A DNA stretch of 64,000 bases from Sandaracinaceae bacterium. GTDB lineage: Bacteria > Myxococcota_A > Polyangia > Polyangiales > Sandaracinaceae. The stretch lies in contig JBGAQA010000016.1 in assembly GCA_044220955.1 (NCBI GenBank), positions 38,286 through 102,285 on the forward strand. Direction: 5' to 3'. Under the pieces are notes generated by a model. That model saw nothing but the letters and a program-made list of their open reading frames with translations. It was not told the DNA's origin and did not search any database. Of this stretch, positions 38,543 through 47,617 are shown in pieces (positions within the stretch are counted from its first letter, which is position 1; each line of letters starts with the position of its first letter). Made by a program: the position numbers and the translations under genes.

Positions 38543-38967
38543 GGCTTCTGCTCGACACGAGCGTGCTCGGCCGTGTCTGCCACCCGCGGCGGCACGCGGA
38601 TGCGAAGGTATGGCTGGGGCGGGCGGCGCTCGAGCATGACGTGCTCATCAGCGAGCTCGCCGACTACGAGCTGCGTCGCGAGCTACTCCGGATCGGTGCC
38701 TCGCGTTCGCTGGCGCGCCTGGACGAGCTCGGTCGCGAGCTCTCCTACGTTCCGGTGACCACCGCGACGTGGCGGAAGGCGGCGCGGCTGTGGGCAGTTC
38801 TACGCACAGCCGGCCTGCCGAGCGCGGCGCCTGGCGCGCTCGACGGGGACGTGTTGCTCGCGGCTCAGGCCATCGCGGAGGACGCTACGGTCGTGACCAC
38901 CAATGCGAAGCACTTCGCGACACTCGTGCCGGCCTGCGCATGGGAGGAGGTTCCCCTCGCGGGCTGA
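38539..38967 (+). CDS. PIN-domain ribonuclease (VapC-like toxin)
   Basis: LLLDTSVL, ADYELRREL, DGDVLLAAQA, VTTNAKHF acidic PIN motifs. Confidence 0.88.
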   Translation: MRLLLDTSVLGRVCHPRRHADAKVWLGRAALEHDVLISELADYELRRELLRIGASRSLARLDELGRELSYVPVTTATWRKAARLWAVLRTAGLPSAAPGALDGDVLLAAQAIAEDATVVTTNAKHFATLVPACAWEEVPLAG

Positions 38968-38991
38968 GCGCTCCAGGCGCATGCCGAGGAG

Positions 38992-39663
38992 TCACAGCGG
39001 CGTGATGCGCAGGTTGTCGATCCAGAGCTCGACCTCCCAGTCGTTGAACGCGAAGTGATCGTGGCCGCGGCCCTCGAGCGGGCTCGGGTCGTTCATCTGC
39101 GCGAGCTGCACGTCGTCCACCCAGGAGGTGATGGTGTCGCCCTGGCGCTCGACGCGCAGGTGATAGGTCTGCCCGGGCACGACGCGGTGCGCGCCCGTCG
39201 GCTGCATCACGCGATCCTGGCCGTGCTCGTCCATGCGGGCGATGCCGCTCAGCGAGTTGTGCCAGCCGCCGAAGATGATCACGTAGCTCGTCGCCGTGTA
39301 CGACTCGCTCGTCGCGCGCGAGGTGCCGTCGCCCCAGACCTCGCACTTGATGTCGCCGTCGGGGCTCTCCGAGCGGATGTCGAACTCGATGCGCGCGTCG
39401 CGCGGCAGCACGCGCCGGAGCCAGAGCGGGCGGTTGCGAGCGTTGCGGATGTTCAGCTGGCCGTCGACGATCCGCCACGAGGCGCCGGTGTTGTACCAGT
39501 GCTCGCCCAGCTCCTCGCGCTCGAAGTCGTCGGCGTAGCCGTCGGGGCCGACCGAGGGGTCTCCCTGCGGGGTACAGGCCAGGCCCGCGGCGGCGAGCAG
39601 GGTGAAGGCGACGACGAGCGAGGCGAGGGTGGAGGGGCGCACGGTGGGCGCGAGTATAGCCAT
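38992..39663 (-). CDS. Lipoprotein with concanavalin-like beta-sandwich domain
   Basis: Lipobox GLAC; DDFER, WRIVDG, GGWHNS, IDNLRI. Confidence 0.7.
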   Translation of the reverse strand: MAILAPTVRPSTLASLVVAFTLLAAAGLACTPQGDPSVGPDGYADDFEREELGEHWYNTGASWRIVDGQLNIRNARNRPLWLRRVLPRDARIEFDIRSESPDGDIKCEVWGDGTSRATSESYTATSYVIIFGGWHNSLSGIARMDEHGQDRVMQPTGAHRVVPGQTYHLRVERQGDTITSWVDDVQLAQMNDPSPLEGRGHDHFAFNDWEVELWIDNLRITPL

Positions 39664-39715
39664 CGAGCCGCCTCGCGCCTGCTCGCGGAGTGGCATACTG
39701 CGGCCGCAGTCCCCG

Positions 39716-40849
39716 ATGAGCCCGCAGGAGTTCGAGCAAGCGCTCCACGACGCCGAGGTGAAGCTCGCGCGCCTCAAGGCACTCTACGAGCAGTGGTTCC
39801 AGGGCATCGAGCGCCTCGAGCCCTCCGTCGCGCGCAAGGAGCTCGATCGCACGATCGACCTGCTCAAGAAGAGCATCCCGCGGAACACGGCGCTGCGCTT
39901 CCGCACCCAGCAGCTGGTCGCCCGCTACGGGACGTACGGCATCTACTGGGGACGCATCGCGCGCCAGATCGAGGAGGGCACCTACAAGCGGGACATCGTC
40001 CGCGTCACCAAGAAGCGGACCCGTGCCCAGCGTCGGGAGGAGCAGCAGCAGGCGTGGGACCTCGACGTCGACGTCGAGGAGGTGGTCGAAGATCTCGACG
40101 GCGAGAAGACCGATCCCGGGATCGTCGTCGGCGCTCCGGTCGGGGCGCCGAGCCCGCCCCCGAAGGCGGCGTCCTCCCCGCTCGCGTTCGACGAGGGAGA
40201 TCTCGACGCGATCCTCGGGGCGCTCGCGCCCACACCGAGCGCGGACGAGTCGAAGAAGCCGGGGCGCTCGATCTCGCCCTTCGCGATGGGGGCCTCGCGC
40301 CCGCCGGGGGCCGCGAGCGCGACGTTCGGCAAGCCGAAGGAGCGCGCGCCCGCGCCCGCCGGCCCGTCGCTGGCAGCGCCGCTGCCGTCCACGCCCCTGC
40401 CCGTGGCAGCCGCGCCCAGACCGGCCGGGACGCCGGCGGTGCCGCCGACGGTCGCCAGGCCGGCTGCGCCCGCGGTTCCTCTGCCGAAGCCGGCTGCGCC
40501 CGCGCCCGTGGCGATGCCGCGCCCCGCGGCGGTGCCGCCCGCCGCGCTCAAGCCAGCGCCGCTCGCTCCCGCGCGGCCCGCGGCCGCGGCACCCGTCCCA
40601 CCCCGCCCGGCGCCCCCCGCTCCCGCCCCCGGTGACGTGGACGAGGGGCAGATGCGCGCGATCTACTCCCGCTACGTCGACGCCCGGCGCCAGAACAACG
40701 AGCGCACCGACGTCCGCTACGAGGTGCTCGCCGAGAGCGTGAAGAAGATGATGCCGAAGCTGCGCGAGAAGCACGCGGGCAAGGCCATCGACTTCGAGAT
40801 CGTCCTGCAGAACGGGAAGGTCGGCCTCAAGCCCAAGGTCGGAGGATGA
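39716..40849 (+). CDS. MXAN_5187 C-terminal-domain-type myxobacterial protein
   Basis: LKALYEQWFQGIERLEP..RNTALRFR..YW.RI.RQIEEGTYKRD; Pro-rich linker; C-terminal DFEIVLQNGKVGLKP. Confidence 0.75.
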   Translation: MSPQEFEQALHDAEVKLARLKALYEQWFQGIERLEPSVARKELDRTIDLLKKSIPRNTALRFRTQQLVARYGTYGIYWGRIARQIEEGTYKRDIVRVTKKRTRAQRREEQQQAWDLDVDVEEVVEDLDGEKTDPGIVVGAPVGAPSPPPKAASSPLAFDEGDLDAILGALAPTPSADESKKPGRSISPFAMGASRPPGAASATFGKPKERAPAPAGPSLAAPLPSTPLPVAAAPRPAGTPAVPPTVARPAAPAVPLPKPAAPAPVAMPRPAAVPPAALKPAPLAPARPAAAAPVPPRPAPPAPAPGDVDEGQMRAIYSRYVDARRQNNERTDVRYEVLAESVKKMMPKLREKHAGKAIDFEIVLQNGKVGLKPKVGG

Positions 40850-41877
40850 GCGCGGCCGCGCCGACGCACCTGCTCCTCGGCAACCCCAGCGCACAGTCCG
40901 GGCGCGCCGCGGACGCGATCGCCGAGGCGACGACGCTGCTCGAGGGACGCGGGGTCCGCGTCGTGTTCGCCGCGACCGAGCCCGAGGGCCGCACGCCCGC
41001 GCTCGTCGCGCGCTTGATCCTGTCCGAGCGGCCGGACGTCGTGCTCGCGCTCGGGGGCGACGGCACCTTCAACGAGGTCGCGCGCGGCATCCTCGCGAGC
41101 GGGGCGCGCGTCCCGCTCGGCATGCTGCCGATGGGCACGGCCAACGATCAGGGGCGCTCGTTCGGCGTGCCGCCCGGTCGGGAGCACGTGGCCGATCACG
41201 TGCGTACGATCCTCGCCGGCCACCAGACGCAGCTCGACGTGGGCGGGATCGAGGCCCTCGACGCGGGCGGCGCGGTGAGGGCGAGCGCGCTCTTCTTCGA
41301 CTCGGCCTCGTTCGGCCTCGCCCCCGACATCCTCGCCGCGCGCAACCGCGATCGCCGCGAGGTCGCGCGTGTCCCGCTCCTGGCCATGCTGTATCGCGAT
41401 CAGGCGGTGTACGTCGGCGCCGCGCTCGACCGCTGGCTCGCGTCGTTCGTCGAGCCCACGAAGTTCGCCGCGCTCGTGAGCACCGAGCGCTTCGAGCGCA
41501 GCTGGCTCGAGCTCACGGATCTCGTCGTGAAGGCGACGCCGATCTTCGCCGGCGCCTGGGTGCTCGACCGCCGCGCGGAGCCCGACGACGGCCTCTTCGA
41601 GCTCGTCGCCGTGGCGAGCCGCCGCGACTGGGCGGCTCGCGTCGCGACCGATCTCGCTCACGCGCCGGTGCGGCCCGAGGTGCTCGGCATCGAGCCGCCC
41701 GAGCACCTGGCCGCCTCGCGCTTCGACATCGAGCTGATGCGCGAGGGCGAGGCGGGCGTCGCCTCGCAGATCGACGGCGAGGAGTGGGTGCGCGCCAGCC
41801 GATTCCGGATCACGGTGCAGCCGCGGCGGCTGCCGCTCCTCACGCCCGCCGGCTTCCGCCCGCCGTGGAAGGGATGA
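40846..41877 (+). CDS. Diacylglycerol kinase family (YegS-like) lipid kinase
   Basis: NPSA, GGDGTFNEV, LPMGTAND, DDGLFE, QIDGE. Confidence 0.9.
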   Translation: MSAAAPTHLLLGNPSAQSGRAADAIAEATTLLEGRGVRVVFAATEPEGRTPALVARLILSERPDVVLALGGDGTFNEVARGILASGARVPLGMLPMGTANDQGRSFGVPPGREHVADHVRTILAGHQTQLDVGGIEALDAGGAVRASALFFDSASFGLAPDILAARNRDRREVARVPLLAMLYRDQAVYVGAALDRWLASFVEPTKFAALVSTERFERSWLELTDLVVKATPIFAGAWVLDRRAEPDDGLFELVAVASRRDWAARVATDLAHAPVRPEVLGIEPPEHLAASRFDIELMREGEAGVASQIDGEEWVRASRFRITVQPRRLPLLTPAGFRPPWKG

Positions 41878-42137
41878 GCGCGCCGCACTACCTGCGCTTC
41901 GCTCGCGCGATCGCGCTCGTCTCGGCGGTCGCGTCGCCCGGCTGCTACCTCGCGCACGAGCGGACGGCCGACGCGGGCCCCGTCGACGCGTACGTCCCGG
42001 ACGTGCCCGACGAGGGGCCATGCGCGCGCCCGCTCCCGTGCACGTGTCCGACGCTCGGCAACGAGGGCACGTGCGGCGGTGCGTTCGCCGCCTGCTGTCC
42101 GATCGTGGGCCCGCTCGCGCCGCCCTCGCTGCCCTGA
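41874..42137 (+). CDS. Small Cys-rich lipoprotein (87 aa)
   Basis: ATGA-coupled to the upstream gene; MSAPHYLRFARAIALV..SPGC; ends CCPIVGPLAPPSLP. Confidence 0.65.
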   Translation: MSAPHYLRFARAIALVSAVASPGCYLAHERTADAGPVDAYVPDVPDEGPCARPLPCTCPTLGNEGTCGGAFAACCPIVGPLAPPSLP

Positions 42138-42722
42138 TCAGCAGCAGAAGCAGTCGATGCGGATGACCGGCTCGCCGTCGAAGCCGTCGCCGCAGGAGCA
42201 CGACACGCACGCCCCCGGATCGGTGCCGAGCGCGCCGGGCGGCGCATCGCTGCACATGTCGATCGGCGAGGGCGGCACGACGCAATTCTCCGCCGTGGGG
42301 CTCCCCAGCTCGCCCACCGGGACGACGCAGACGCGGCCCGAGGCGCACGCGCCGCCGCCGCAGCGGTGCGGATCGCGGCAGCGCACGCCCGCGCAGTCCT
42401 CCATGAAGCTGAGCGGTTCCCAGCGTCCTTCGCGGCAGCCGATCGGCGGACCGGGCTCGCAGCAGTGGACGCCGCACGTGGCACCCTCGACCCCGCAGGG
42501 GAAGCCGATCGCCAGCTCGGGCGACGCGGGGCACGACGGCAGGCCGCTCCAGAAGTCCTCGCACGCGCGGATCGGACCCACGTCGAGGGGCGCCGGGCCG
42601 GCGTCGGTCGCGATGGGGCCGGCGTCGCGCCCGACGATCGACGCGTCAGAGTCGCGCTCGTGCGCGAGCGCGCACCCGTGGAGCACGGCGAGCGCCAGCG
42701 CTGCCGCGCCCGCGTGCCTCAT
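42138..42722 (-). CDS. Cys-rich lipoprotein (194 aa)
   Basis: ATGA-coupled to the kinase stop; LAVLHGC lipobox; many Cys; ends DCFCC. Confidence 0.7.
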   Translation of the reverse strand: MRHAGAAALALAVLHGCALAHERDSDASIVGRDAGPIATDAGPAPLDVGPIRACEDFWSGLPSCPASPELAIGFPCGVEGATCGVHCCEPGPPIGCREGRWEPLSFMEDCAGVRCRDPHRCGGGACASGRVCVVPVGELGSPTAENCVVPPSPIDMCSDAPPGALGTDPGACVSCSCGDGFDGEPVIRIDCFCC

Positions 42723-44101
42723 CGGCCCTTCGTCGCCGGCGAGGGGCCGGCCACCTTCGCCTTGGCGAGCGTGCTCCTCGCCAGGGCGACGAGCGCCATC
42801 GCGTCGATCGGCTTCACGAGGAAGCCCGCGGCGCCGAGCGACTGCAAGAGGCGCCAGTCGGGCGCGCCTCCGGTCGCCGTCGCCACGATGATGGGCATGC
42901 TCTCGGACTTGGGAGTCGCGCGGAAGGCCGCGGTCAGCTCGATCCCGTTCAGCCCCGGCATGTCGAGATCGATGACGGCGAGCGCGCAGGGCCTCTCGTC
43001 CACCGCCGCGAGCGCGGCCGTGCCGTCCTGGACCACGACCAGCTCCGATCCGGGGAACGCGAACGAGAGCGACTCGGCCACGAGGGACGCGAAGGCCTCG
43101 TCGTCGTCGGCGACGAGCAGGCGCAGGCCACCGCCCGCCGACTGGCTCGCCGTCTCTCGTGCAGCCAGCAGCTCGCGGCGGAACGCGTCCGGGCTCACGG
43201 TGCGCCTCGCGGGGGACTTCTCCATCGCGCGCAAGATCGCCCCGTCGAAGGCGACCGGCAGATCGGGTCGGACCTCGCTCGGCGGGACCGCCTTCTGCTC
43301 GACGTGCATCGTCATCATCTCGACGGCGTCGTCGGTCTCGAAGGGCAGGTGGCCGGTCAGCAGCTCGTAGGCCATGACGCCGAGCGAGTACACGTCCGCG
43401 CGATCGTGCATGCCCGGCGGCACGACGCTGCCGAGGACGATCTCGGGCGCCATGTAGGCCGGCGTGCCGGACACCGTGCCCGGCGAGTCGCGGCGCGGCC
43501 GGTCCAGGATGCGCGCGAGGCCGAGGTCCGCGACCGCGATGCGGAACGCCGGACCGATGAGCACGTTCGTCCACTTCAGGTCGCGATGGATGGTCCCGGC
43601 GCGGTGGATGGCCGCGACGCCGCGGCACACCTGCTCCAGGATGCCGACGGCCTCGTCGATCGCGAAGGGCTGCCCGGCGCGCTGCTCCAGCCAAGCCTCG
43701 ACGTGCATGCCCGGCACGTACTCCATCACGAAGTACGGGGCGCCCTCGAGCTCGTCGAAGGCGAAGATCTCCACGACGTTCTCGTGGCGCACGCGCGCCA
43801 TCGCGCGCGCCTCGTCGAGGAAGCGCTGGTGCGACTCGGGGCTCGCGACGTAGTCGGGGTGGATCAGCTTGATGGCGACGTCGCGCTCGAGGCGCACGTC
43901 CTTCGCGAGCAGGACCACGCCCATCGCGCCCTCGCCGAGCAGCTTCGTGACGCGGTAGTTGCTCGCGAGCATCTCGCCGGGCGCGGGGATCCACTGGGCC
44001 TTGCGCGCGACGTTCGACGAGGTCGGCAGAACCTGCGCGCGCGGCCCCGACGGTCGGTCGGTGACTCGCTCCGCCACCTCGGGTTGCTTGTTCTCAGCCA
44101 C
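42719..44101 (-). CDS. Ser/Thr protein kinase fused to C-terminal receiver (REC) domain
   Basis: LGEGAMGVV, VAIK, HRDLKWTN, DLG, GTPAYMAPE; REC LLVADDD..VIDLDMPG..ATAT..FLVKP. Start uncertain. Confidence 0.9.
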   Translation of the reverse strand: MAENKQPEVAERVTDRPSGPRAQVLPTSSNVARKAQWIPAPGEMLASNYRVTKLLGEGAMGVVLLAKDVRLERDVAIKLIHPDYVASPESHQRFLDEARAMARVRHENVVEIFAFDELEGAPYFVMEYVPGMHVEAWLEQRAGQPFAIDEAVGILEQVCRGVAAIHRAGTIHRDLKWTNVLIGPAFRIAVADLGLARILDRPRRDSPGTVSGTPAYMAPEIVLGSVVPPGMHDRADVYSLGVMAYELLTGHLPFETDDAVEMMTMHVEQKAVPPSEVRPDLPVAFDGAILRAMEKSPARRTVSPDAFRRELLAARETASQSAGGGLRLLVADDDEAFASLVAESLSFAFPGSELVVVQDGTAALAAVDERPCALAVIDLDMPGLNGIELTAAFRATPKSESMPIIVATATGGAPDWRLLQSLGAAGFLVKPIDAMALVALARSTLAKAKVAGPSPATKGR

Positions 44102-44163
44102 CGAGTGCGGACTATAGCAACGGGACTGCATCGCCGCGCGCCTCTCGTGCACAATCTCGGGGG

Positions 44164-44919
44164 ATGTCGGAAGGGAGTGATCGCATCGCCGAGCTCGAGG
44201 CCAGGCTGCGCACGCTGGCCGATCGGGTGCGGCGCGAGCTGCCGGAGCGAGCGGCGGCGCTGCGCGACGCGCTCGGCCGGCTGGACGTCGACGAGGAGGC
44301 GGCCCGCTCGGCGATCAAGCGTATGGCGCACATGGTCCGCGGCAGCGCGGGGAGCCACGGCATGACGGAGCTCACCGAGCCCGCTGCGTGCGTCGAGGTG
44401 GGGGCCCACTCCCTCGCGAGGGCCGAGCTCGGCGAGGTGGTCCGCGCTCTGGCCGACCGGATCGAGCAGAGCGCGCGCGAGGGCTCGAGCGCCGTGCCTG
44501 CCCCCGCGCCCGTCGCGCCCGCAGGCGCTGGTGTCGTGAAGCCGCTCGCCGGTCGGCGCGTGCTCGCGATCGACGACGACGCCCCGACGCGGCGCCTGCT
44601 CACGATGACCCTCGCCAACCTGGGCGGGGCCAGCACCCTCGTCGAGGAGGCTCCCGAGGCGTTCTTCGCAGCGCTCGCTGCGGCGCCCTACGACGTGGTC
44701 ATCGTGGACGCGATGATGCCCGGGATGAACGGTCTGGCGTGCCTCGAGCGCGTCGCGGCCTCGTCGCTCGCGCGTCCCGGGACCCGCTACTACGTCCTGT
44801 CCGCGGCCACGCCCGAGGAGCTCGGCTGGGTCATGCCCGCTTCGCTGGACGTCGCCTGGCTCCGCAAGCCTTTCCGTCCGCGCGATCTGCTCGACGCGAT
44901 CCGCGCCGCGCTCGGATGA
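44164..44919 (+). CDS. Hpt-receiver hybrid response regulator
   Basis: Hpt AHMVRGSAGSHG; REC VLAIDDD..VIVDAMMPG..LSA..LRKPF. Confidence 0.85.
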   Translation: MSEGSDRIAELEARLRTLADRVRRELPERAAALRDALGRLDVDEEAARSAIKRMAHMVRGSAGSHGMTELTEPAACVEVGAHSLARAELGEVVRALADRIEQSAREGSSAVPAPAPVAPAGAGVVKPLAGRRVLAIDDDAPTRRLLTMTLANLGGASTLVEEAPEAFFAALAAAPYDVVIVDAMMPGMNGLACLERVAASSLARPGTRYYVLSAATPEELGWVMPASLDVAWLRKPFRPRDLLDAIRAALG

Positions 44920-45676
44920 CGAGCGCGGCGAGGGCAGCGACGACGAGCGCTGGGTGGAGGGGGACGCTGCGGCTCGCCGCAGCGCAGCTCGCGCCCGCGT
45001 CCAGCGGGGGCCACGTCGTCGGCGTCGGCCGGCCGATCGGGTACGTCTCGCAGACCGCGCGCACGTCGTCGCTCGCGAGGTCGCGCTTGAGCGTCTCGCC
45101 CGCTGCCGCCGACACGAACATCGTCGCCTGCGCATCGCTCACGTGTCCGAAACCGAGCAGGTGCCCGAGCTCGTGCGTCAGCGTGTTCTGCACGTCGTCG
45201 TGATCCAGGGGTGGGGGCTCGCTCGCGGCGAACGCGTGCGAGACCGCGTTCACGTCCGTGTCGGCGTCGAGGATCGCGCCGCTCGTGCGCTCGTAGAGGA
45301 CGGTCGTGATCGCGAGCGTCTCCGGCCCGACGATCGCGGGCCAGCCGCTCTCGCGCACGACGATCCGGTTGTGGCGATCGAGCGGGCCGCCGTCGAGGTT
45401 CGTGGTCGTGCCGAGCGCGTCACCGACGTCGGTCAGGACGACGTCGGTGCAGCTGCCGGCGCGCGTCCACGTCGCGAGCGAGCGATCGAGCGCGACGCGC
45501 AGCAGGTCCGGCGCCACGTCCGACGACGAGCTGCTCGCGAGCTCGACCGGGATCGCGCGGTCCGCCCAGAAGATGGGTCGATCGGGGAAGCCGTCGACCG
45601 TGGTGCGCACGTACGCCTGCGCGGGCGACGCGAGCGCGAGCGAAAGCCAGACCGAAAGGAGGATCGTCGCGCGCAC
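44831..45676 (-). CDS. Matrixin (M10) family metalloprotease with MYXO-CTERM-like tail
   Basis: Signal peptide AQA|Y; DVQNTLTHELGHLLGFGH, Met-turn ATM, DDVRAVCETYP; ASCAA..TM..RARR. Confidence 0.9.
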   Translation of the reverse strand: MRATILLSVWLSLALASPAQAYVRTTVDGFPDRPIFWADRAIPVELASSSSSDVAPDLLRVALDRSLATWTRAGSCTDVVLTDVGDALGTTTNLDGGPLDRHNRIVVRESGWPAIVGPETLAITTVLYERTSGAILDADTDVNAVSHAFAASEPPPLDHDDVQNTLTHELGHLLGFGHVSDAQATMFVSAAAGETLKRDLASDDVRAVCETYPIGRPTPTTWPPLDAGASCAAASRSVPLHPALVVAALAALVIRARRGSRRADRADGKACGARRRPAKRA

Positions 45677-45780
45677 CGACGAGATCGTACGCGAATCTCG
45701 ACGCGGATCGACCGCGTGACGCCGAAATGCGCTTCGCGTGCACGGTCCGGGGGCGATCGCGTGTTAGAGTCCGCGCCGTG

Positions 45781-46665
45781 GTGAGGCGGCGCCGCGGCAT
45801 CCATGTCCTGATGGGGACGCTGGCGTTGGTCGCCGGCTGCAGCACGGGCCGCTCGTACATCGGGCAGCGCGCCGAGGTCAGCGGGGTCGTGCGCGATCGC
45901 GCGACGGGCCGCGCGATCGCGGGCGCGCGCGTGGTCGGCGCGGATGGCTCGCTCGCGGAGACCGACGCCGAGGGGCGCTTCCGTCTCTACGTGCGAGGGG
46001 CACAGGCCGACGTCCGCATCAGCGCCGCGGGCCACTCTCCCGAGCACGTCGAGCTCGAGGGCCTCGAGGCGAACGTCGAGCTCGCGCCGATCGAAGAGCT
46101 CTGGGGCGAGGGCCCGAGCGCGCACGTCGTGGACTTCGTCGAGCAGGCGTGGGCGCTCGGCGGCGATGCTGGCGTGAGCGTTGACGCGTCGATCCTGCAC
46201 GCGTGCCCGGCGCCCGCGGGTGCCTCCTGCGCCACGTGCCACGAGCGGCAGACCGCGGCGGTGCAGGGCGCGATCCTCCCCACGGCGTCGGTCGCGCCGC
46301 ACGACGGCCTCGGCGGTGGCTGTCTCGCGTGTCACGGCGGTGGCCCGGCCTCGTCGTCGTGCGAGCGCTGTCATGGCGCCGAGGCCGGCGCGATGCGAAC
46401 GGAGGTCGCGCACTTCTTCGCGATGGCCGTCAGCCGCACGCCGGATCGCGTCGTCGAGGGCACCGCGTTCGAGGTGCGCTCGACGCTCGAGGTCGGCTCC
46501 GAGTCCGCGATCTCGACCTGGGCCCGCGCGCTCGCCCGCGATCGATCGCGGGGCGCCCACGATCCACGGGCCACGCGCTGGGTCGCGCTTCAGTCGGTGG
46601 GCGCGTCGGAGTCGCCCGCGTCGCCGTCGTCGTCGCCCGCCTCGGCGTCGTCGTCCGTGCCGTGA
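45781..46665 (+). CDS. Lipoprotein: carboxypeptidase-regulatory-like domain plus tri-haem c-type cytochrome
   Basis: Lipobox VAGC; GVVRD..AIAGARV..TDAEGRF; CATCH, CLACH, CERCH; GAHDP. Confidence 0.7.
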   Translation: MRRRRGIHVLMGTLALVAGCSTGRSYIGQRAEVSGVVRDRATGRAIAGARVVGADGSLAETDAEGRFRLYVRGAQADVRISAAGHSPEHVELEGLEANVELAPIEELWGEGPSAHVVDFVEQAWALGGDAGVSVDASILHACPAPAGASCATCHERQTAAVQGAILPTASVAPHDGLGGGCLACHGGGPASSSCERCHGAEAGAMRTEVAHFFAMAVSRTPDRVVEGTAFEVRSTLEVGSESAISTWARALARDRSRGAHDPRATRWVALQSVGASESPASPSSSPASASSSVP

Positions 46666-47534
46666 CCGTGGTAGTCGGGGTGAGGTCTCGCCGAGCGCGG
46701 TAGACACTGGACGCCCGCGGGCGCCCGGCCCCGCCGCCAGCGTGCCTCGGGCGTGTGCGGCCCGATGTGCGGGCGGAACAGCGGCGCGGGATCGCAGTGG
46801 TCCCCGTCGTGGATCAGCATGAAGTGGAGGTGCGGGCCGTGCGAGAGCCCCGTGTTGCCGAGCGTCGAGATCCGATCGCCGCGCGCGACGACCTGCCCTG
46901 CGCTCACCAGCATGTCGCGGTTGTGCGCGTACGCGGTCACGAGGCCGCTGGGGTGCACGATCATGACGAAGTTGCCGTACCCGCTGATCTCGTCGCCCGC
47001 GTACGCGACGATGCCTCGCTCGCACGCGCGGATCGGCTGGCCCGTGCGGCCACGGATGTCCATCGCCAGGTGGTAGCCGCCGGGCCCGGAGCCCCAGCCG
47101 CGGATCATCGCGCCGCCGGCGACCGGCATGAGCAGCGTGCCGGTCAGGCCGCGCGGCGCGCCCGCGGCGACGATCCAGCGACGCTCGGGCGCGTGCACGA
47201 GCAGCGATCGCCCCGTGCGCGCCCGGCCGAGGCCGAGGCGGTCCGCGCGCGCGCGTGCCTGGCGCTGCGTGCGATCGCGGGCGGCGGACGGCGCGGCCTC
47301 GGTCTCCTCGCCCGGCCGCGGCACGAAGAGCTCCTGCCCGTCCCGGACGGAGTCGCCGGTCAGGCCGTTCGCCTCGCGGATGGCGGTGATGGTCGTGTGG
47401 TAGCGGCGCGCGATCCGCGCGAGCGTGTCGCCGGGGCGTACGGTGTACGTGCGCTGCGCGCTCGAGGGGCTGGGCGCGACCGCCGCGATCGCGATCACGA
47501 GGCCGACGAGCAGAGCTGCGACGCGGACACGCAT
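46590..47534 (-). CDS. LysM plus M23 family peptidoglycan peptidase
   Basis: YTVRPGDTLARIA..NGL; HLAMD, YGN, YAH, GNTG.S.GPHLHF. Confidence 0.92.
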   Translation of the reverse strand: MRVRVAALLVGLVIAIAAVAPSPSSAQRTYTVRPGDTLARIARRYHTTITAIREANGLTGDSVRDGQELFVPRPGEETEAAPSAARDRTQRQARARADRLGLGRARTGRSLLVHAPERRWIVAAGAPRGLTGTLLMPVAGGAMIRGWGSGPGGYHLAMDIRGRTGQPIRACERGIVAYAGDEISGYGNFVMIVHPSGLVTAYAHNRDMLVSAGQVVARGDRISTLGNTGLSHGPHLHFMLIHDGDHCDPAPLFRPHIGPHTPEARWRRGRAPAGVQCLPRSARPHPDYHGHGTDDDAEAGDDDGDAGDSDAPTD

Positions 47535-47617
47535 GGGAAGGACGCTTCGTAGCACTCGATCGCGCAGTCCGCCCCGGCGGCTGGCGCCGGGCCCCGCGCC
47601 AGGCGAACCTTCCTCCG

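Noticed and set aside
47550..47576. CIRCE operator (TAGCACTC half-site)
   Set aside because: The second half-site is absent and it is not upstream of a chaperone gene.
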